Source of the DNA: Catajapyx aquilonaris
Lineage: Eukaryota
Assembly: GCA_000934665.2 (NCBI GenBank)
Contig: KZ538098.1
Location: forward strand, 62,001-126,000
Direction: 5' to 3'
Length of the DNA: 64,000 bases
The notes below the pieces were generated by a model that had not been told where the DNA came from, did not search any database, and worked only from the letters and a program-made list of their open reading frames with translations. Shown here in pieces: positions 24,801 to 38,000 of the stretch. A program made the translations under genes and the position numbers. Position 1 is the first letter of the stretch. Every line of letters begins with the position of its first letter.

Positions 24801-26492
24801 TTGTGATGATAGCCAGCAATTCAATCCCGCTCAGAGATAATTGTTCCTTCATGTGGTAATAAAGTGGCGGAACATGTTTCTTGAGATGGTCTTTCCCCTA
24901 ATTACGAGCCAGGAATTCGCAGCCCCGCCTTACAGGAAACGCGTTTCCAGCAATTGCGATTAAAAGTTCGCACCAACTCGGGGGTTTTTTTTGCACGAAA
25001 AAAAAATCAGGGGCGCTAATCCTAAAATTGCGTGTTTAATCACACCCGGACAAGGTCATGTCATCCAAAAGCTTTGTCACGTTCAATGACTGTTATATCT
25101 GACCGCAACGGACGTTCACCGACATATGGTTCAAGCCCCGCTGCTCGAACTGTCAATTACATACACACACAAAAAAACCGTCCCCACAAAAAACTGGGGA
25201 GGTTTCAATAAGTGCAACCACAACTTTAGCTGGAAATAAAAAAAAATTGGGCATTGCATTGAAAAATATGGGAAAAGAAAAAAAAAACGTCCAGGCGTTG
25301 GCCCTGGCGACATCCGGAATGAAGCGAATTCCATTCTGCTCCTCCTTTCAACCGAAGGAGGAAGATAAATTAGAAAACTAACTTTTGATTCCACCTCCTC
25401 CCCGCCTCCCTTTTTCCAACTTATTAAGGGGGGAAGGAGGGAGCGCTATTCGAATACAAAATTGGCCCCCTCCAAAAAGAAAAAAGAAGAAGAAGAAGAG
25501 ACGGCAGCATTTTCTTCCCAATGTTTCGACTGCCAGTCCGCGCGGAGAGGAATTATTATGGGCGCCAACCCTCCCCAGCAGCAGCACCACCCCCCGAAAA
25601 TTCTCTCCTCGACCTCTCAAATTAAGGATGGTGGACCCTCAGCAGGTTGGACCTAAACCCTACCCAAAATTTTCTTTTCCGGAAGCCGCCATCTGGTTCC
25701 TCCTGCAGAAATTCTGCGCCAGCCACAAACTTCCGCCATCAGATATGCAAATGATGGGGGGATGAAAGCCTTTCGGTTCAATGACACTGCCTCATTGCGG
25801 GCAACACTGCGGGATGGATTACCCCGATCAGTACTCTTCTGCTCCGGTTCTATGTCCCGGATAACACCCCCCCCCCCTCCAAAAAAAAAAAGAAAACCAG
25901 GGCACATCAACATTTCAGGTGAGCTGATGGCCCGCCAGAGGATCTGCCTTTCCGACTCTTTTTTTTTAACGCCTCCCGCCGACGCACGGTGTCTCCCGAA
26001 TGTAATATGGCCGCCTCCTGCTCATCCCTCGGGAACCCTCAACATTCGCAACCGACGGCCGTTAAGAGACACGGGATGGGCTTGTATTTTTGCGTGTTTG
26101 CGGGGGTGGAGACGAGGATAACAAGGTGAGGTTAAGATTCAACCGCATGCATCATTAATGAAGGACGGATGATGGGATGCACCATGCTTCTCAAACTGAC
26201 ACGCTTTTTTGCAGGCAATAAAATTTTTTTTTCCTGGACCGTGGAGGATAAATTTTAATGGATGGAGCGTAAATCTTGCGAGGGAAAAAAAAGCTAGGGT
26301 CGTTTCGGATGATGTTGACCCATGTCGGGTTCAATTTGAGTGGTTAGAACATGCTTTGTTGCATATTCTTTTCCCTGAATGTCATACAGGCATGGTCGGC
26401 TAAGTTCCGATTTCAGAGACTCTGAACTGGGATTAAAACGGACTTGAACCTAGTTTACATTTAAACCACTGTTCGAAAAATCGGGCCTATAA

Positions 26493-26557
26493 AGGCCGGT
26501 TTCACCGAGCTCGGTATATGATAAATCCAGGTATACTGAGCTCGGTGAAATCGGCCC
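26493..26557. mobile_element. Tiny Tourist/PIF-Harbinger-like MITE
   Basis: TIRs aggccggtttcaccgagctcggtata / tatactgagctcggtgaaatcggccc, flanked on both sides by TAA (3-bp TSD typical of PIF/Harbinger). Confidence 0.65.
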
Positions 26558-29500
26558 TAAAACACACTTATTAATTCTGAATTACGATAAAGCAAAAAAA
26601 AATTAATTAAGATGGTGTCGCAATCGTTGGCAAACGATTGTTACGGATTTATTGATTGAGCAAAAGAGCCTGATTATTATGAGCAATTGTTCCTCCACAA
26701 GTTAATTAAGCCCAAGAATGCGCCAGTTCAAAGAGTAATTTTCACCCAAGCGTATATGCTCAGTTTGAGCCCAAAACTCACTCACGATTTAATTCACTAA
26801 TCTAAAGTTTTTGGGGTCCTTATGCACCATGTACTAAAAGCACTTATGGCCCCTCAAAATCCTTCCGAAAAGTTTGCTCAAAAAAGGAGAACCTTCCCCG
26901 GAAATTGTGTACCTGCAATAATAATGATTATAAAAAAAAGAAGTTCCCCGCTGCCAAAAGGAGACACGGTTGAGTCCGGACATTTAAATTCCGGTTTCAT
27001 CCCGGAATTTCAGGGGGGGGGGGGGCGGNGGGGGGGCGGAGGAAACTGAATATGCATCGGGGGGGTGCAGGGACAAGTGTGCCGAGGTCTAAAAGCCAGT
27101 TGTACAAAGGGGGGGAAATTCAGTGAGGGAAGGGGGGGGAGGAACGTCTTTGTACATCCGGATGATGGCTCCGCTGGGAATTCGCTAATGCCAACTCGGG
27201 AATTATGCAAGATATTCCGCTTATTTGCTACCCCAAGCTTTTGAAGTCGCCCCACGAGTTTGCTCCTACAAGTGAGCAGAGTCGTGAGTGACGTCGTTTT
27301 CCAACATCACGGTTTTGGGGAGGCCAATCCTCCACTTCATCGAATTAATGATGTGCACCTCATTTGCAGCTCATTTTGCCAAAGGTTTACGTAACGAAAG
27401 ACAAAAAAAAACGGCGGTAATTGCACCGCCGGAAATAAATGCTGAGATTAGAATTAACAGTGCGGGGGGGAAAAAAGTACGCGCCATTAATAATATTCCT
27501 TCTCGCTTTTCGGACAAAGTAGGACAGAATGCGGACATAAATCTGGAGAAGAATCAGCGCCGTGTCCTCTAGTGGGCTGGGCCGTATTTCCCATTCTTTC
27601 ATAGATATATATATTTTTTCCACCGCTCTAAGTGATAAGAGAAAAGTAGGCGATGAGACCCCCTCCATCCAACCATATTCATCCCCAGAAAAAAAAAGTT
27701 GGGAGGGGCATAAATAATGAAGGGCAGTGCTGAGAGAGAAATAAAAGGGAGATGGATTCTCCTGGGCATGGAATGGCGTGCCGGTAGACTCTGGACCAGA
27801 GTTCTAGGCCTTTGCCCCATCTATCAATCCATGAGAATGGACGTAGCAGCAGGGGAAAGAGAGAGGCGGGCCCATTTTCGGATTCATACATTTGGGAGTG
27901 TTACATGGGAGTGGATAGTGCAAAAGCCTCACGTGAGGTTTCGCCAAATTGTACAAATTGCATGCGAGTTCAATGTTTTCAGAACAATTTTTTAAAGAGA
28001 ATATGCTTCAGGTCATGAAACCCTGGTTATCAAAAGTCATGTTAACTATAAGGTTAACCCACGTTTTAGCTCAAAATAATGATGCCATTTTTCTAGTGGT
28101 TCGAACCTGGCCTTGCTGCAGTTCCTGCAACTTTAATTGAGGTTTGTCCCCGAGTCCGGGGAGGTCAAGAGCTTACAGTATCAGGGAACGGGCAGGTCCG
28201 GATTTACTGTGCCGCAGCCCATTTTCCGATGCGAAAAGCTGGTCATACCCGCGTGTACTTATCTCTAAAGACTCTCGTGGGTCATAAAAATATGACTCGA
28301 TTACTTACATAGGACTTTGTAACTGCTTCAGTCGCCTACTTGTCTAACAAGACAGGGGGAATCTTCATTATAATATTATCAGCCTAATAAATCCGGGTTA
28401 TCCGGAACATCGGGTCTCATGACAACGTTTGATCTCACAACCTTCCCGCGATATCTAACCCGAAGCCTCCCCGAAACTTCGAGTGACAAATGGCCCCGCA
28501 AATACAACCTCCTAGAAAGGTTAGGTACTATGAGAAAGAGGAGGAGGAAGAAGGGAAGAAGGAGGGGTTGGCAAGAGCTGGAGGAGACCTGTAATGAATG
28601 GACCACAAGGCCAAAACCCTCCCCCCAATTCGCATCGGAGGTGATTTAGGATTCCTCTCCTTGGACCGGCGCCTATAAACCAATAGAAAAGCGCCGGCGC
28701 AATGCTACACATCCCCCTTGTGGCGCATAAAACCAGCAAAAGAAAGACTGAAAAAAAGCAGGGAGCTCGCCGCACATCTTGTTAGGCTGCCATTTGATTC
28801 GCAAAAAAAAAAGGTTGCCAAAAAAAAACCAATCGGGTATACACCGTCACTCCCAGGTGTAGCCCAAAAAATCGTGCTTCTTTTGTATTCGCCCACATTC
28901 CTTTTCCGGTTCCAAGGCAGACATCTAACGAACCTGTTAGTTCAATTACTGGCTCTGAAGACAAGGATCCGGACCTGTGCCTTTAGCTTCCTGATAAATA
29001 ATGCAACACACTCTTTTTTTTTCTTCAGGGCGCTGAATTTACCTGACCCAGAACACAAGCGATGACCCGTTTTTTCCCCCCCCAACTCTTTTATAGTGCG
29101 GTGGCAATTTATTGAATTCGGATCCTCTCCCGCCAGCCAATCGAATATCACAGTGTCGAAAGGCAATCTTTTTTTTTGTTGCGAAAAGTCGCCGAAATTC
29201 GCTCTGCTGAATATTTGAGAAGACAGTGGGCAAGGCGACGCATTTTGGGAGACTTTTTTTTCTGTCAAGAAATAAATCGATCAGGGACGTGATCAGGGAG
29301 CGTGGGCAGGACACGATTTTGCCACCCACTTCCAACCATATATAACAGCATCAGATCGACAGTACATGCCTTTAGCAAGTGTAGAAAACTAGGAGTTGGG
29401 AAGAAAGAAAGAAAAAACATAACCTCGCCAACTGGAGCCGATCGACATTTAAACCCAATCTCTTTTATGCCTTTTTTTTTTTTAAAAAAAATGATACTCC

Positions 29501-32500
29501 AGCTGGCGAAAGATAGATAGATAGATGCCCTCACTTTTGACATAATTACTTCTTGGCTGTCTCCGTGCCGAAGAAGAAATTGAGTTAGTGACAATAAATT
29601 TTTTACGGCCACAAGTTTCCTCTTTCGGGCTATAAACTTTGAAGCATATTGGACGATTCTTTCGCCCGCCGTATCGGGAAAGATTATTCTTCAACGCAGG
29701 ATATTGAAATGATTGAATCACCGCGCGGACGAGAAGCTCCAAAAAAAATATCGTTCGCAGAAAACTTTGCACAAAGAGACGTCGCGCCAAAGTGCTTTAG
29801 ACTCGTCTTCACATGATGCACGATATGACTGAGATTCGAAATGAAATTCGCCACTTTTTTTTAAGCAAACTATCGCCCTGATAAAAGTCTGCGTAAGGGC
29901 TCTCTTAATAATAATAAGCCGCAGCAACCAGGATTTTCTGATTTCACTTACTTGGGCCTAAGCCGATTCGCATGTTTAAATTCGCGATGTTACATCTGCT
30001 TGAGCCAGAGATTAGGCTCGAACTTTAAGCCCAGGGATGACACAAACCCGCGGATGATTGACAAACGCTTAAACTCCTCTAAAAACCCTTCCACTCCTCT
30101 TTTAGCCGGAACAAGATCCAAGCATTTTCCGCAACAATACGCCTGCATGGAGGGTCCGCATTCGTGAGGCTGCCTTCGGGCGACAGGCTGTCATAATTCT
30201 TGGCTCCGGGAGTTGAGAGCATGGGATATATTTAGGGGAAGGTTGGGGGGTAGATAAGCCCTCCCCAGCTCAAGTCCTCCAAAGCAGGATGGATGCAAGC
30301 CGACACAGATCCGGGCGTGAAGGAAGACTTCCTGCCCCAGCATCCAAAAATCCTCTATAAACCACATTAGCACTAAGTAAACCCCAGGGACTGTACGCTA
30401 CAACAATACACACTATTTTTCCGCGCACTCTGTATAGGCCCCCATTCTTTTCCAGGGATATGAGGGCGTTGACTTCCCATTTGGCCAAAAAAGATTTTCG
30501 CAAACTGGACTGGTCCCGATCGCTTTTTGGCTCGTGCCTCGGGCCCAATCCGGTCCCTCTTGCGGTTTTTGGGGAGGGGAAAGTGAGAGGCCAATTGACA
30601 TGCCGGATTTTCCACTAAGTAGCGGCTACGGCGCAATTCCCAGATGTCCCAAAAGGCAGCACGGAAGAAGCAAACAACTTTTTTATTTTATTCTCCACCC
30701 GCTTTGGTTCGGAATGGAAATGTATTCTGGGCTCCCCCCAAAAAACGTCAAAACAAAAATTTCGGCGGCCGCTTCAATTAACGGCTTATATTCGAAGATT
30801 CGCATATTTTAAAATAATGAGCCTATTTTTTAAACCGGTAATTTATTTGGCAAGCGCCCGTGATCAACTTAGAACCGGCAGTACTGGGAGCATCAAAATA
30901 TGCAAATTAAAGATGATGAGATCATATACCCGGAGAAAAGCGTCTGCAACTTGTGATCCCAAAGGGACCCCGGAGCCTCAGGGAGCTCGATCGTAGCTCT
31001 AATGTACGGTACATCATCCGGAATTAGGCCCAATCAAAGCCAATCAACCCGGCTCAAATAGTCTATAAATATTAAACACATTTTATATTGCGACTATTGA
31101 ACTATTCCGGCCATCATGCAATTAAGTCATCCTTTTTTTTAAATAAATAAAAATTTGAGTTTAATACCTTGAGGCATTAGTCAAGAGAGGCCATAAATGT
31201 TCCCGTGTCAGTTTCTCTAAGCAGCTGCGGCCTTTTTAAAATTATGGCTCGCGGGGCATTGGAAATACTCGCATGTCCGCCATTTTGAAATGCAGGGGGG
31301 ACTCTGGGGGGAGACGAGGCTCCTTTTATCACAACCTGCTACCAATTTTCTTCCCTCCCAGGCTCCGTAGGCAAAAGCTAAGGAATGAAGTTCGGCCTTT
31401 TATGCAACGATATGATACCCAGGAAGGCTTGAAAAGGAAGCCTGCCTCCCAACTTATGCTTTATAGTGTACAACAAGCGAGGCTCCTTTTACCCCCTCGA
31501 GGTCCTGTATTTTTTTTTGGGGGGGGGGGGGTGGGCGAAATTTAGAGGCGATGTTGGCAATTTTGGTCCAAACTAGGGGATTTGGCCCGGTCCTATATAT
31601 TTTTTTTCGGAGGTGTATTAGGTTGAATGAGTGGCCCCGTTTAAATTGCACGCAACCCTGAAGCGGTTTTGGCGCAGTCGCAAAAATTTTCCAGGGGGAG
31701 AATTTTGGCACGTGGTCCTCTCGGATTGGGACCGCCGGTTAATCAAAATTCATAATTCCCCCAGTCCCCACCCCATGTTTTGAATAAATGTCCTCCTGAA
31801 CGGAAAATCTATATTATCCTACTCCCGTGTTATCCCGTAACAACATGCGAAAATCTGAGTAGGATTATTCCGGTGAAATTAACCCGTCCGCAAATTGTAG
31901 CGGGGGTAGATAGGACCCATATAGTTCAATTGCGCTAAATTTCAGCTCTGGAAATCATTATCGATAAACCGGCAACAATGTGGGGGCCGAGGCAATAAAT
32001 GATACACTCCACCAAAAAAAAGAGTATGCCTTTCCGCACTGAAACAGGTTTAATCTGGCAAAATCCGGGTTTAAAAATATTGTTGGCCATACAGACAAAA
32101 TGTGCATTGTCAGACAAAAAAACAGCGCGTAATTGACTCAATGAATGTTTAGACAGTTTCTTACAACAATATGCTGAACGCACTCGTGTTATTTCCATTA
32201 ACCTTTAAGCGTTTCCTAAATTTCCTGTTTAGTACAGCAACTAATTAGCCTCGAATTTCGCTTCAAAATGCAAATAAATGATAATCTGCCAACAAAGTGA
32301 GCACTCTAAAAATCAGCAAAATCTGCGATTTATTAAGTGCAGAACCCCCCCAATAAAAGGCATGAACAAAGCTGTTTACTCGTTACAACTATGATTACTT
32401 TTTTTAAATATTTTTGCAACAATGACAGTTATATTTCTGACCTCTCTCCCTTCCCTTACATATTATCACAGCTTGCACGCCCCCACAAAAAAGTACAAAA

Positions 32501-35500
32501 AAATCAGGTGAGCAGGTGCGAAATTATGCAAGGCAGTAGCCGACACGGGACAGGGCGGTACCGGAGAGCCTGAATTTTTTATCCGGAGCAGAGTATAGGG
32601 GGGGCCAGAACTTTCCGTGACTGAGAAGAGCGGTTATCGACGTCATTTATATGCGACATCCAGCCTTTCCCTTAACCCCCCCTTCCCTCGTCCTCTCTTT
32701 TCCTTTCTCTCGCTCCGGCAGACTAGTAATTAATTTCCCTCCAGTGCCTTTCCCCGGATTCCTCCTTGATCAGGACCCGGAGGCTACCTATGTTCGGGCC
32801 TCCCGGAATACCAGATCAGCCTCGGGGATATTCAATATCCCTCTGGTCAAGCTCTTTTCTTTTTTCTCGCTCTCTCTCTATACAGTACTATCCTCTCTCT
32901 CCATGGGCCCAAGGCTTCAACCTGAATATACACTCCGGCTCCATTTGGGTTTCATGTCCGCCCCCCTTTTCCTAGCTTGGCTACCTATCCCCCACAGCAC
33001 CTACGTCAAATGTTGTTATGGCATCATCTTGCAAATGGAATAGTAAAAGAGGGTGAAGAGACTCGTGAATTACACATGAAGCCAGTCCGGACACAAATTA
33101 CATTGGCCGCCATCCAAGCTAAGGAAGAAGAGGAAACCAGATGCGATGGAGGGTTCCGCACAATCTCTGCCGAATTATTCCGCTCTCTTTTTTTTTGATA
33201 TCATTATTATATATATCAGTGAAGAAATCGGAAGGCATGACTTGAATGAGATGTGGAGAGAGAATCGTATCCGTTTGCCGAATTAATTTTCGAGGCGGGG
33301 AAGTTCGAACTGTCAAAACTCGCAGGCGAGTTCGGGACCTGAGCTTGTTCAAAATGGGCGTCTCGGGGACAAATCGAGTATTAATGCTGCTTGGAATCGA
33401 GCTGAAGTGAAAAGAGCCGAAAATTCGGACGTCAAAATTCGATGATCGACTCGGGGGGAAAATAATATGTGAAGCAAAAGATGCACGTAATGAGCCGCCT
33501 CATTGTTGCAATGTTGCGCGCACGAAATTACTCCATAATTATAATAAAGCGACATGACAATAGCCAATATAATCAGCTGGTACGAGCTTTTTCCCAAACT
33601 CCGCAATTTTAATAACGGGGTAATTCGATCACAGGAAACATGCTTCCGAATTGAACCAAAAAATCGGGAGGCCAAAGCCCTTTTCCTTTGTTCTTTCCAA
33701 TGCACCTTCTGGCACAATTACTCCCAGGCCACTTCCGGTAATACCCATGCGAAATGAACCTCTACCAATATAACATGTAACTAGTTTACATCCCTTTCCC
33801 CTTTCGAGGGTTACAAAAAAAAAACGAGCAGCCCTTTTCCTTCTTATTCCAAAGTCTACGGATAATTTGGTCATCTGCATGCGCAGTTGGTTGGGCTGCC
33901 GTCGTTTTCTTTCTTTTCTTTTCATTCCTGGAGAAAAACGGAGGGGCCCCGGGTTTTTGCGGCTAATTGCAACGCAATGCATCGTGCCTGCTTAACTACA
34001 CGCACCTGCGCCTCTTGATTACTCTGCAGAATCGCAAACAAAAAGAGGAGGGGAAAAAAACGGCTCTCCCAGCAAGAGATACATTCCCAGCGGGCAGAGA
34101 CCCAGACAAGGCGGAAGCAGCGGGTAAATTATTGCTACGGAAACACTATACACACCGTACCCGGTACCTTTCCTAGAGAGGGCCATACCTCTCCATTAAT
34201 TGGGATTCTTCAGCTTCTGTACCAACAGTGAAAGCAAATCCGCAGATAATTTTGGAAGCAGTTTTCTCTGTCCCTCATTAGTAACTCTAATCCCAATTAC
34301 TTGCAAGAGGGCTCCGATTGGTTTATAGGTTTTTTTTCCACATAATATACAGTGCACGGCAGCAGTGTTTTTATTCTCCCTCCCCCTCCCCCATCCACAT
34401 TTAAAATCCAATTCCGGAAGTTTTGAGGTGTATTGTGACCACATTTTCCTCTCTGGCACAGAGAGGTCTTACGGCATCGAGTTTTCCATAGGCATTTATA
34501 GTTTGAAGGGGGGCGGGGGGCGGAGGAAAAGCAGTGCTTTTTCAAAAGTTGAGCAAACTTGGCAACCCAAAAGCCTTGGCTGTAAGTATGCAAACCACTT
34601 CGATTTTGAAGACGACCACTTTTGTTCACTTTGTAATCCATATTTAATCTTCTCCATCCCCAACCCCTTCCCTCTCTCTCTCTCTCTCTCTCCCACGCCA
34701 CCGAAAAAACAATTCCAACCAAATGTACTGACAAAGTATCGGAAAATAACAATGGAATGCGGGATATTAAATTCCGCCAGATTTCGATGCACTGATTTTT
34801 TCCACCTTCCTTTTTTTTTGCGGTGGGAATGACCGTCTCTCAAAAAAAATACCCTTTCTGATGTGGATCATCCCAATATTTTTTTGTTGTAAAAACCCAG
34901 CATCCGAATTTCATCCTTTTATTCTGGTAAATTCAAACAGCAGCATCAATTTGCGTCCTGGCTGCCAATAGGCTCCCCCTGACGCCCCTCTAACAACAGC
35001 CAAAAAAAATTTGAATCGATGTCTTCCCCATGCATGGTATTATATGGACATGAATATATCGCTAAATAACGAGCGCTGCGGCCTTTCAAGGATGGCTTCC
35101 CCGTGAACACAGGACCAGCTCGGCTCCCCCTCCCCCCCCCCTCCCCAAAAAAAAATCTGATTTTAAAGCGTGTAACATGTCGTGCAGCATATTTTTGGGC
35201 CACATCCACACCGCCTGCCGTCACGAATTACCCCCATCAATTCCCCTCCTAGCCCCTATTTTCCTGCCAACACACAACACACGATGGGATATACCCACCC
35301 CCGATCTTGTTTCTAGCTCGTATTTCCCAGACAATTCAAACTCTCGATATTATGAAACAACCTAGACTCCCTCCAAATGGTTTATTATTATAACAAGCCC
35401 CATTACGGCTCATAAAGGCAAGGAATTAACTGTCCGAATGCAGACCCCGTTTTCTTTATATGTCCTGGGATATCATAATGTCCCCCTCTGGGGCGTTAAG

Positions 35501-36206
35501 GGATTCGAAAGTTGTTGGGTCGAAATGGCAGAGTTCGTGTATCCATTAGCACTTCACAAGACTGCGAGCCGACGCTCCCGGAGTTTCTGATCCCGGAGTC
35601 ACTCCGGCCCCTCCCCAACCAAACTATACAATCACAACTAAAAAAAAAAAAGAGGCAAGCCAGTCTGCCTTCTGCTGTCCTTTCTTCTTTTTCTCTAGAA
35701 AAGCCTCCGCTGGATAACAAAAGGAGTGTGGCCACATCTGATCCGATCGTAAAAAGAAATTCTCTCAGAAATATTCAGGCGCTTCCGAGGCTGCAAACTG
35801 TTGCCTTGATATTTGAAGGCAGTGATGGGCGACAAGGACATGAATCGAGTTCAGTATGGGCTGGACGTCCCCCAACCTTAGAGGGTCATCAATATTCGGT
35901 CGCCAACTGAACACAGAAACGCAATAAAATTATCAGGCAGGTGTCCACTCAAATAACGTCGGTCGCAATTTGCGTCATTGCGCAAAATCCATCTTCATTG
36001 AGGTTGCGAATTAATGTCCGTATAATGAAAAGGTCGCAAGTTTGTGTCGACATGTTATGAGTCCTGCACTTAAAATGTAACCCACACATGTCGTGTAAAG
36101 CGACAGCTTTAATTTTTACGATCTGACCGACAATTACGCATATAGAAACAGCTAAAATAATTTATTCTAAATAAAATCACGTGCTTTCAAATGTAACGTG
36201 AGTGAC

Positions 36207-36413
36207 GGATATTCATATGGTGTACAAAAGTTTGTGATCATGTCCAGATCACGTTTCTAACTGTCAGATAAATGGCTGAATAACAATGAAAAACATGATG
36301 GCGGGGGAAACATGATCCAATCACGAATCGCTTTTGTCGCATGAATGACCCTAATTAATAACAATCAAAAACATGATCCGATCACGAAACTTTTTGCACC
36401 GTGTGAATAGCCC
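36207..36413. mobile_element. Degenerate MITE-like element
   Basis: ggatattcatatggtgtacaaaagtttgtgatc ... gatcacgaaactttttgcaccgtgtgaatagccc followed by TAA; a second decayed right end lies at about 36311-36354. Confidence 0.5.
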
Positions 36414-36827
36414 TAAGCATCATATCAGTCACCAATGATACACTTTATTTTCTGTATGAATATTCGTGGTTTTCCAGTTTCCAGTTTCGATCAAAAAACA
36501 TTGCGTCAAAAATTAGAACCTCAAATAATCCGTTTCCCCCAAATTCCTGGGGGGGTCAGCAGCCCAAAACCCAGAGTGTCCTCTCATCGATTCTCCCCCC
36601 AACATTTTCCATTTTCACAAGCCCTCCCCTCCTTCATTACCGAAGTTATAAGCCTTGGGCACTTGTGAAAGGAGATTTCCCAGAGTAGCAATGATTTAAT
36701 TGGCAGGCCGACCATTATTCCTCCCCCTCTCCCCCCTCCCAAAAAAAACGCCCTTCCCCAAAAAAGGATTAAAGGGTTAAGAACTGTATAGGCAAATTTT
36801 CATTTAATGCGATTCGTCACTGCTCAC

Positions 36828-37640
36828 CTGAGCGAACCTCTCCTGGGAATCAAAGATCTCGAAAAAGAGTGAGACCTTGTCGTCAGGCAGAAGAGAGAGG
36901 CTGAATCCATTCTTGGGCTTGACCCGGGGCAGAGTCGAGGGCAGGCTGGTGGAGTGGGGCAGTTCTCGAAGAGGTGGGTTAGGGTGCAAGGGGGTGGTGG
37001 GTGTGGACTTGGCCCCGCCTCCTTTCACCTTGGGTATTCCGCTCAGAGACACCTTGGGAGGGTTGGCCCTCGGGGGCGGGTTGGGGGCGAGGGATGTGCT
37101 ACTGCTGGAGGTGTGCTGCCCCGGGGTGGTTGGCCCCGAGGAGGAAGGGGTCTGCACCCAGGGTGTGTTCGGGGTCGAGTTGCTGTGCGGGAAGTGGTTG
37201 TTGAGAGGAACGGTGAGGGAGAGGCGGCGGGCGCCCTGGGATGGGGCGGCCCCTGGGGTTGTGGCCTGACTCGGGGCAGGGGTGGGGCGGGTGGCGGCAT
37301 ACAGCTGGTAGTCTGAGGCCGACGACACCGGGAAGGGTCTGGAAGGGTTGGGTGCTGGTGGGGTCCTCGCCCAGGTGTTGGGAGGGGGTCGCCAGTAGGC
37401 CTGTGGGGGCGGCCCCGGGGCGGGAGGCCTAAGGGCCGTGGGCCTTGTCGGAGTGGAAGTGATCGGCGCGTTGGTGGCATGCTGACCGCCAGGGGCAGGG
37501 GCTCGAGGGGCGGCATTTAAGGCGAGTCTGTTGAAGGATTCAGCCGGGATCTGGTCAGGAACGTATGTGTACTTGTACTGATGCTGCTGGGGCTGGTACT
37601 GCTGCTGGTTGGGTGTGCTAGTGCGCCGGGGGTAGTTCAT
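36828..37640 (-). CDS. Dys: Putative alternative first coding exon of an internal-promoter dystrophin isoform (Pro/Ser/Thr-rich N-terminus, 271 aa)
   Basis: Longest ORF in the window, on the dystrophin strand. First in-frame ATG is at 37640 (MNYPRRTS...), with an in-frame TGA upstream at 37737-37739. It ends ...DKVSLFFEIFDSQERFAQ at donor CAG|gtgagc, phase 0, compatible with the phase-0 acceptors at 11684 and 12793. Confidence 0.75.
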
Positions 37641-38000
37641 CAGGGGTGATGCCAAGAGCCAAACACGGCTTGGAATTACGGATCGGGTCACGACCCTGCT
37701 GCATCCGACACACACATCGCACTCGCACTTTTCACTTCAAGTACTCCTCACTCCACTGTATCCAGTACAAGAGACTGCACCCCCCTGTGTGTGTACCCCT
37801 TCCGTGCGGAAGCCCAGCCCTGACTGCCAAAAGCCGCCTTTTGGATGGCTTCCCAACGCGCACGCCGCTCTCTGCTGCTGATGCTGCTGCCCGCCGACGC
37901 TCGCCGGCGCCCAAGACGCAGCTCCACTCCACTCCCTCCCTCCTTCCCCTCCACAAAATCCCTCACTTTCAAGCCCTCGCCACATTACCACCACCCACCT
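37641..38000 (-). promoter_or_regulatory. Putative 5' UTR / internal promoter region of the short isoform, with two upstream ATGs
   Basis: GC-rich stretch directly upstream of ATG 37640. uORFs at 37717-37688 (MCVSDAAGS*) and 37704-37618. TSS not determinable; the upper boundary is approximate. Confidence 0.4.

Noticed and set aside
36877..37516. Several overlapping Gly/Arg/Pro-rich ORFs on both strands
   Set aside because: Shadows of the GC-rich 36828-37640 exon; no splice or start support of their own.
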